A DNA stretch of 64,000 nt from Bilabrum cf. latius (Eukaryota): contig OZ237746.1 of the NCBI GenBank assembly GCA_965178125.1, positions 1,240,001 through 1,304,000 on the forward strand. The letters run 5' to 3'. A program made the position numbers and the translations under genes. Under the pieces are notes generated by a model. The model was not told the DNA's origin and searched no databases. It was given only the letters and a program-made list of their open reading frames with translations. Below are positions 61,201-64,000 of this stretch, piece after piece. Within the stretch, counting starts at the first letter, position 1. The number at the start of each line of letters is the position of its first letter.

Positions 61201-63217
61201 GACCCGTGAATTGGCTAATATGCCTACCCTTCCACAAGCGGATTCAGGACCTTGGGAGGGTCTCAATTCCGACCAGTCCCGTGCTGCTGCCGGTGTACTT
61301 CGGATGGCGGAGCTAGTGACTGGCGGTGCCGGTGTGGATGAGCTTGCAAGACGCGCAAACGTGCGAAATCCTACTGCCCAAGTCCCTGGAGCGAGCGAGC
61401 CCCAGCACGGCACCGGATCATCTGGCATTCCAGTCGCGCTGATTCACGGGATGCCCGGTACTGGCAAGTCGGCCACCATTTGCAGGATCATTGAGGCCGT
61501 GTGTCGTCGCGGGGGGCGCGTGCTGGTCACAGCCCTCACGAACTGTGCTGTTGACAACGTGCTGGAGAGGTTGCTTCAAAGCAAAGGTGGAACTTCCACG
61601 TCTGTGACAGCTGACCCTGCTGCATGCGGTGCATGGCCTGCAGGTGATTCAGTTCGATGCATCCGTGTTCGTAAACCGGCGTCCCCGCCAGCGGTACTAT
61701 TGCAGTCGCCCTGGTGTCGCTTCGTGGGGCCAGGAGCAGGCGACGACGAGCCCGAGACGGTGGATGGGCTTCGCCAAATGATGCGATCTGCCTCGGTAGT
61801 TGGACTCACGGCGACTGCATGCATGTATCCATCCACATATGCATACGTGAATTGCGCCGGGCCGTACGATCTGTGTATTGTAGATGAAGCGGCTCAGATG
61901 TCGCAGCCTGCCGCCGTAGCGGCGATCGGCCTCAGCAAAGCGGTGTGCCTTGTGGGGGACGATGAGCAGCTTCCGCCGATGGTGCGTTCTGACGCTGCTG
62001 CAAGACTTGGTCTTGGAACTTCAGTGTTCGCTTTAGTGAAAGACGCAAGGAGTGATACAGAATCCTTGCATCTAGCTGCCTCTGCCAGCAGCTCTTCTAG
62101 TGCAGGCGGCAGCAGGCGAGTTTACAGTCTGTGCAAGCAATATCGGATGTGCATGGCGATTGAGTGGCTGTCTAACCAAGTAACGTACAATGGACACTTG
62201 TCGGCAGGAAGTAAAGCAATTTCAAGGCAAACTATAGGATCCATGTAGACGAGAGCTCTGATGGCACCGCTGGGCGATGCACCTGTAGAGACCGAGCTCT
62301 GCGCCCTGTTGGCTGTGTGCAGCCCCAGAGCTGAGTGCTCGGTAGTTTGGCTAGACGGTGGGTATGCAGCACCTCTTGCTGCGACCGTGGCTTCTGCGCT
62401 GGTTTCGTAGCCCATATCTGTCTCAGTGACGGCCGCAAGGTTGGCTGGCCCTCGTATAGCTGCTGCCGCGTTGGCGTGCATGCGCGGTGAGTCGGCAGGC
62501 ACGGCAGTTGCACCAAGTGCAATTCAAAGGGCCATTTGCTCGTTGTAGTCGCAAAGTACCCCGTCCATGAAACGGTAGACTGACACCAGCAAGGTGAACA
62601 TGATGGAATTGCTGCGAGGCGTTGCCGTATTCGTGGCTCTGCTACGCACGGGCATTCCACCTGCTGCCATGTGTTTCATTTCGCCATTTCGATCGCAAGT
62701 AGAGGCGATGCGGGAGACTCTGCGCGTTCTTAGTGCGGCTTCTGGCTCTCGTGGGAGTAGTAATGACAGCAAGAGTCCCGCTGTAATTCCTGCGGGGGCT
62801 ACAGACGTGACCTCTGGTATAGACTGGCTTTCCTAGCTCGCAACTATAGATGTGGGCACAGTGGATGCGTTTCAAGGGCAGGATCGGGAAGTGGTTGTAC
62901 TCAGCATTGTAGACTCTTTTACTGAAAGCCGAAAGTCTGGCAGAGACAGGGATGCAACCACCCTGACACTGCAGGCGCGTCGCGAGCTGGATGGCACTCA
63001 TGTCGGCAACCCGGCCCGGCTGAATGTCAGCATAACACGTGCAAAGAGCAAGCTTGTTCTGTTGGGCTGCATGGGGGATGTCGGCACGAGATCTGAGGAC
63101 TCACAGACCGCTTTTGGTCGCCTGTGCAAGGCTGTTCGAAGGCAGAGGTGGCGGCACGATGCCGGGCGAGCTTTGCATAGTGTGCGGCTTGCTGCGGCGT
63201 GTGAGTTGGATGAGTGA
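58259..63217 (+). CDS. DNA2: DNA2 nuclease/helicase (~1652 aa)
   Basis: Single frame with 17 TAGs. Nuclease part: HPDLVLS...*CLRK, SPVWGLLGFVDA, PLELKTG, *LAMY, LRNRLA and CKHCSEISTC (Fe-S ligands). SF1 helicase part: GMPGTGKS, TNCAVDN, DEAAQ, VGDDEQLPP, QYRM, TVDAFQG and RLNVSITRAK. Confidence 0.92.
59168..59242 (+). repeat. (AGY)n trinucleotide repeat encoding poly-Ser within DNA2
   Basis: About 25 consecutive AGC/AGT codons in the DNA2 frame. Confidence 0.9.
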
Positions 63218-63294
63218 GGGATTCATCGCAAGTTGAATTGCTCACTTTATTCTGCTATATACCCGTATAGGACGTTATGGTCGTGCTGAAAGCC

Positions 63295-64000
63295 TCATCT
63301 TCGCTAATAAATGCAACAACTCCCAAATACCTACGTCAGCAGCGCCACCCCAACAGCGGCTGCCAGAATACCCAAGTACTGTTGCCACCTATCCTAGAAC
63401 GTGCTCGCAACAAAGTTCTCCACGAAGCCCTCTGCGGTTACCCTTCGAACACCACCGCTACTGACCCAATCAAAGGATGGACAGCCTGCCTATAGCCTCT
63501 GATCCTCAGTTGCGTGGGCACCAGCCTGGTAGCAGTGTGCTTGTGTCAGGCCCATGGGCGCGTTCGCCATGAAGGTCGGGTTAAAGTATGTTGCAATAAA
63601 TCTTGGAACGGCACTATAGTTTTTCACTCCCCCCACGAAGATGCTATTGAATAGCGCTGCCAGGTTGTTCAGGATTCCTGTGAAAACATGGGCAACCAAA
63701 GCGTCTTCAATGAGCACAGAGCTCAAGTGAGACGTCCAGCTGAGCCACAAGCCACAACCGAGAAAAACTGCAATCATTTCAAGGATGGGCCCAGGCTAGT
63801 CAAGCCTCAGTCCAAGCAGCAAGTACATGATTGGGGCCGTGAGCATGGCAAAGCAGGCGAGGTACAGGGTCTCCTTGATGACCAGAGCAGCGTAGTAGCT
63901 GTGCGGCGAGTACAGTCCAATCGACTGCTCTCTGTAAAACAAAGGACGTGCCTTGAACAACATCGATACCTGCGAGTTGAATACTCCGGCGCAAAAGAAA
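63295..64000 (-). CDS. ABCG/PDR-type ABC transporter, C-terminal transmembrane domain (5' part outside the window)
   Basis: RPLFYREQSIGLYSPHSY...ETLY...IMYLLLGL and further TM helices, ending CCIY*RR at TGA 63297-63295. Five TAGs. Confidence 0.85.

Noticed and set aside
1-64000. Genes with internal stops interpreted as pseudogenes or sequencing errors
   Set aside because: Every interruption is TAG, with no frameshifts and no internal TAA or TGA. Essential genes are affected and their motifs are intact. Random decay would not give this pattern.
1-64000. Ciliate-type code (TAA and TAG both Gln)
   Set aside because: No internal TAA was seen against about 105 internal TAGs, and SEC22 ends naturally at TAA.
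1-64000. TAGs as intron acceptors or as parts of tiny introns
   Set aside because: Conserved motifs run codon-for-codon through the TAGs with no extra sequence. The real introns here end in CAG and are separately identifiable.
1-64000. Recoded phage or prokaryotic origin
   Set aside because: Spliceosomal introns, histone H2B, a SNARE, NOT1 and RPB8 show that this is eukaryotic nuclear DNA.
1-64000. tRNA (including tRNA-Gln CUA), rRNA, snoRNA or CRISPR arrays
   Set aside because: I found no cloverleaf, box C/D pair or repeat-spacer array by eye in intergenic regions or introns. A covariance-model scan would be needed to exclude them.

Overview
Compact, GC-rich eukaryotic (protist-like) nuclear DNA with about 24 tightly packed protein-coding genes, short GT-AG introns and many head-to-head gene pairs. 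The main signal is a non-standard genetic code. The supplied ORF track is fragmented because TAG is a sense codon: I counted about 105 in-frame TAGs by hand across 20 genes. Reading TAG as Gln restores complete, motif-intact proteins, including RRP15, an HSF-domain protein, SEC22, CRY-DASH, NDUFS8, RPB8, RRN7/TAF1B, NOT1, eIF3h, PYROXD1, DNA2 and an ABCG transporter. TAG falls on strongly conserved Gln positions in five unrelated families. I saw no in-frame TAA or TGA inside any gene, and genes end at TGA (21) or TAA (2). The code is therefore UAG=Gln with UAA and UGA as stops (equivalent to table 15), a rare uncoupling of UAG from UAA. The window also has an intact non-LTR-type reverse transcriptase ORF with no recognisable endonuclease. 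It uses the same code and has a structured 3' flank. There is also a very large Clu-domain protein ending in three UBA domains. All identifications come from manual translation and recalled family motifs; no database searches were run. The organism is not identified; the H2B N-terminus hints at a stramenopile.
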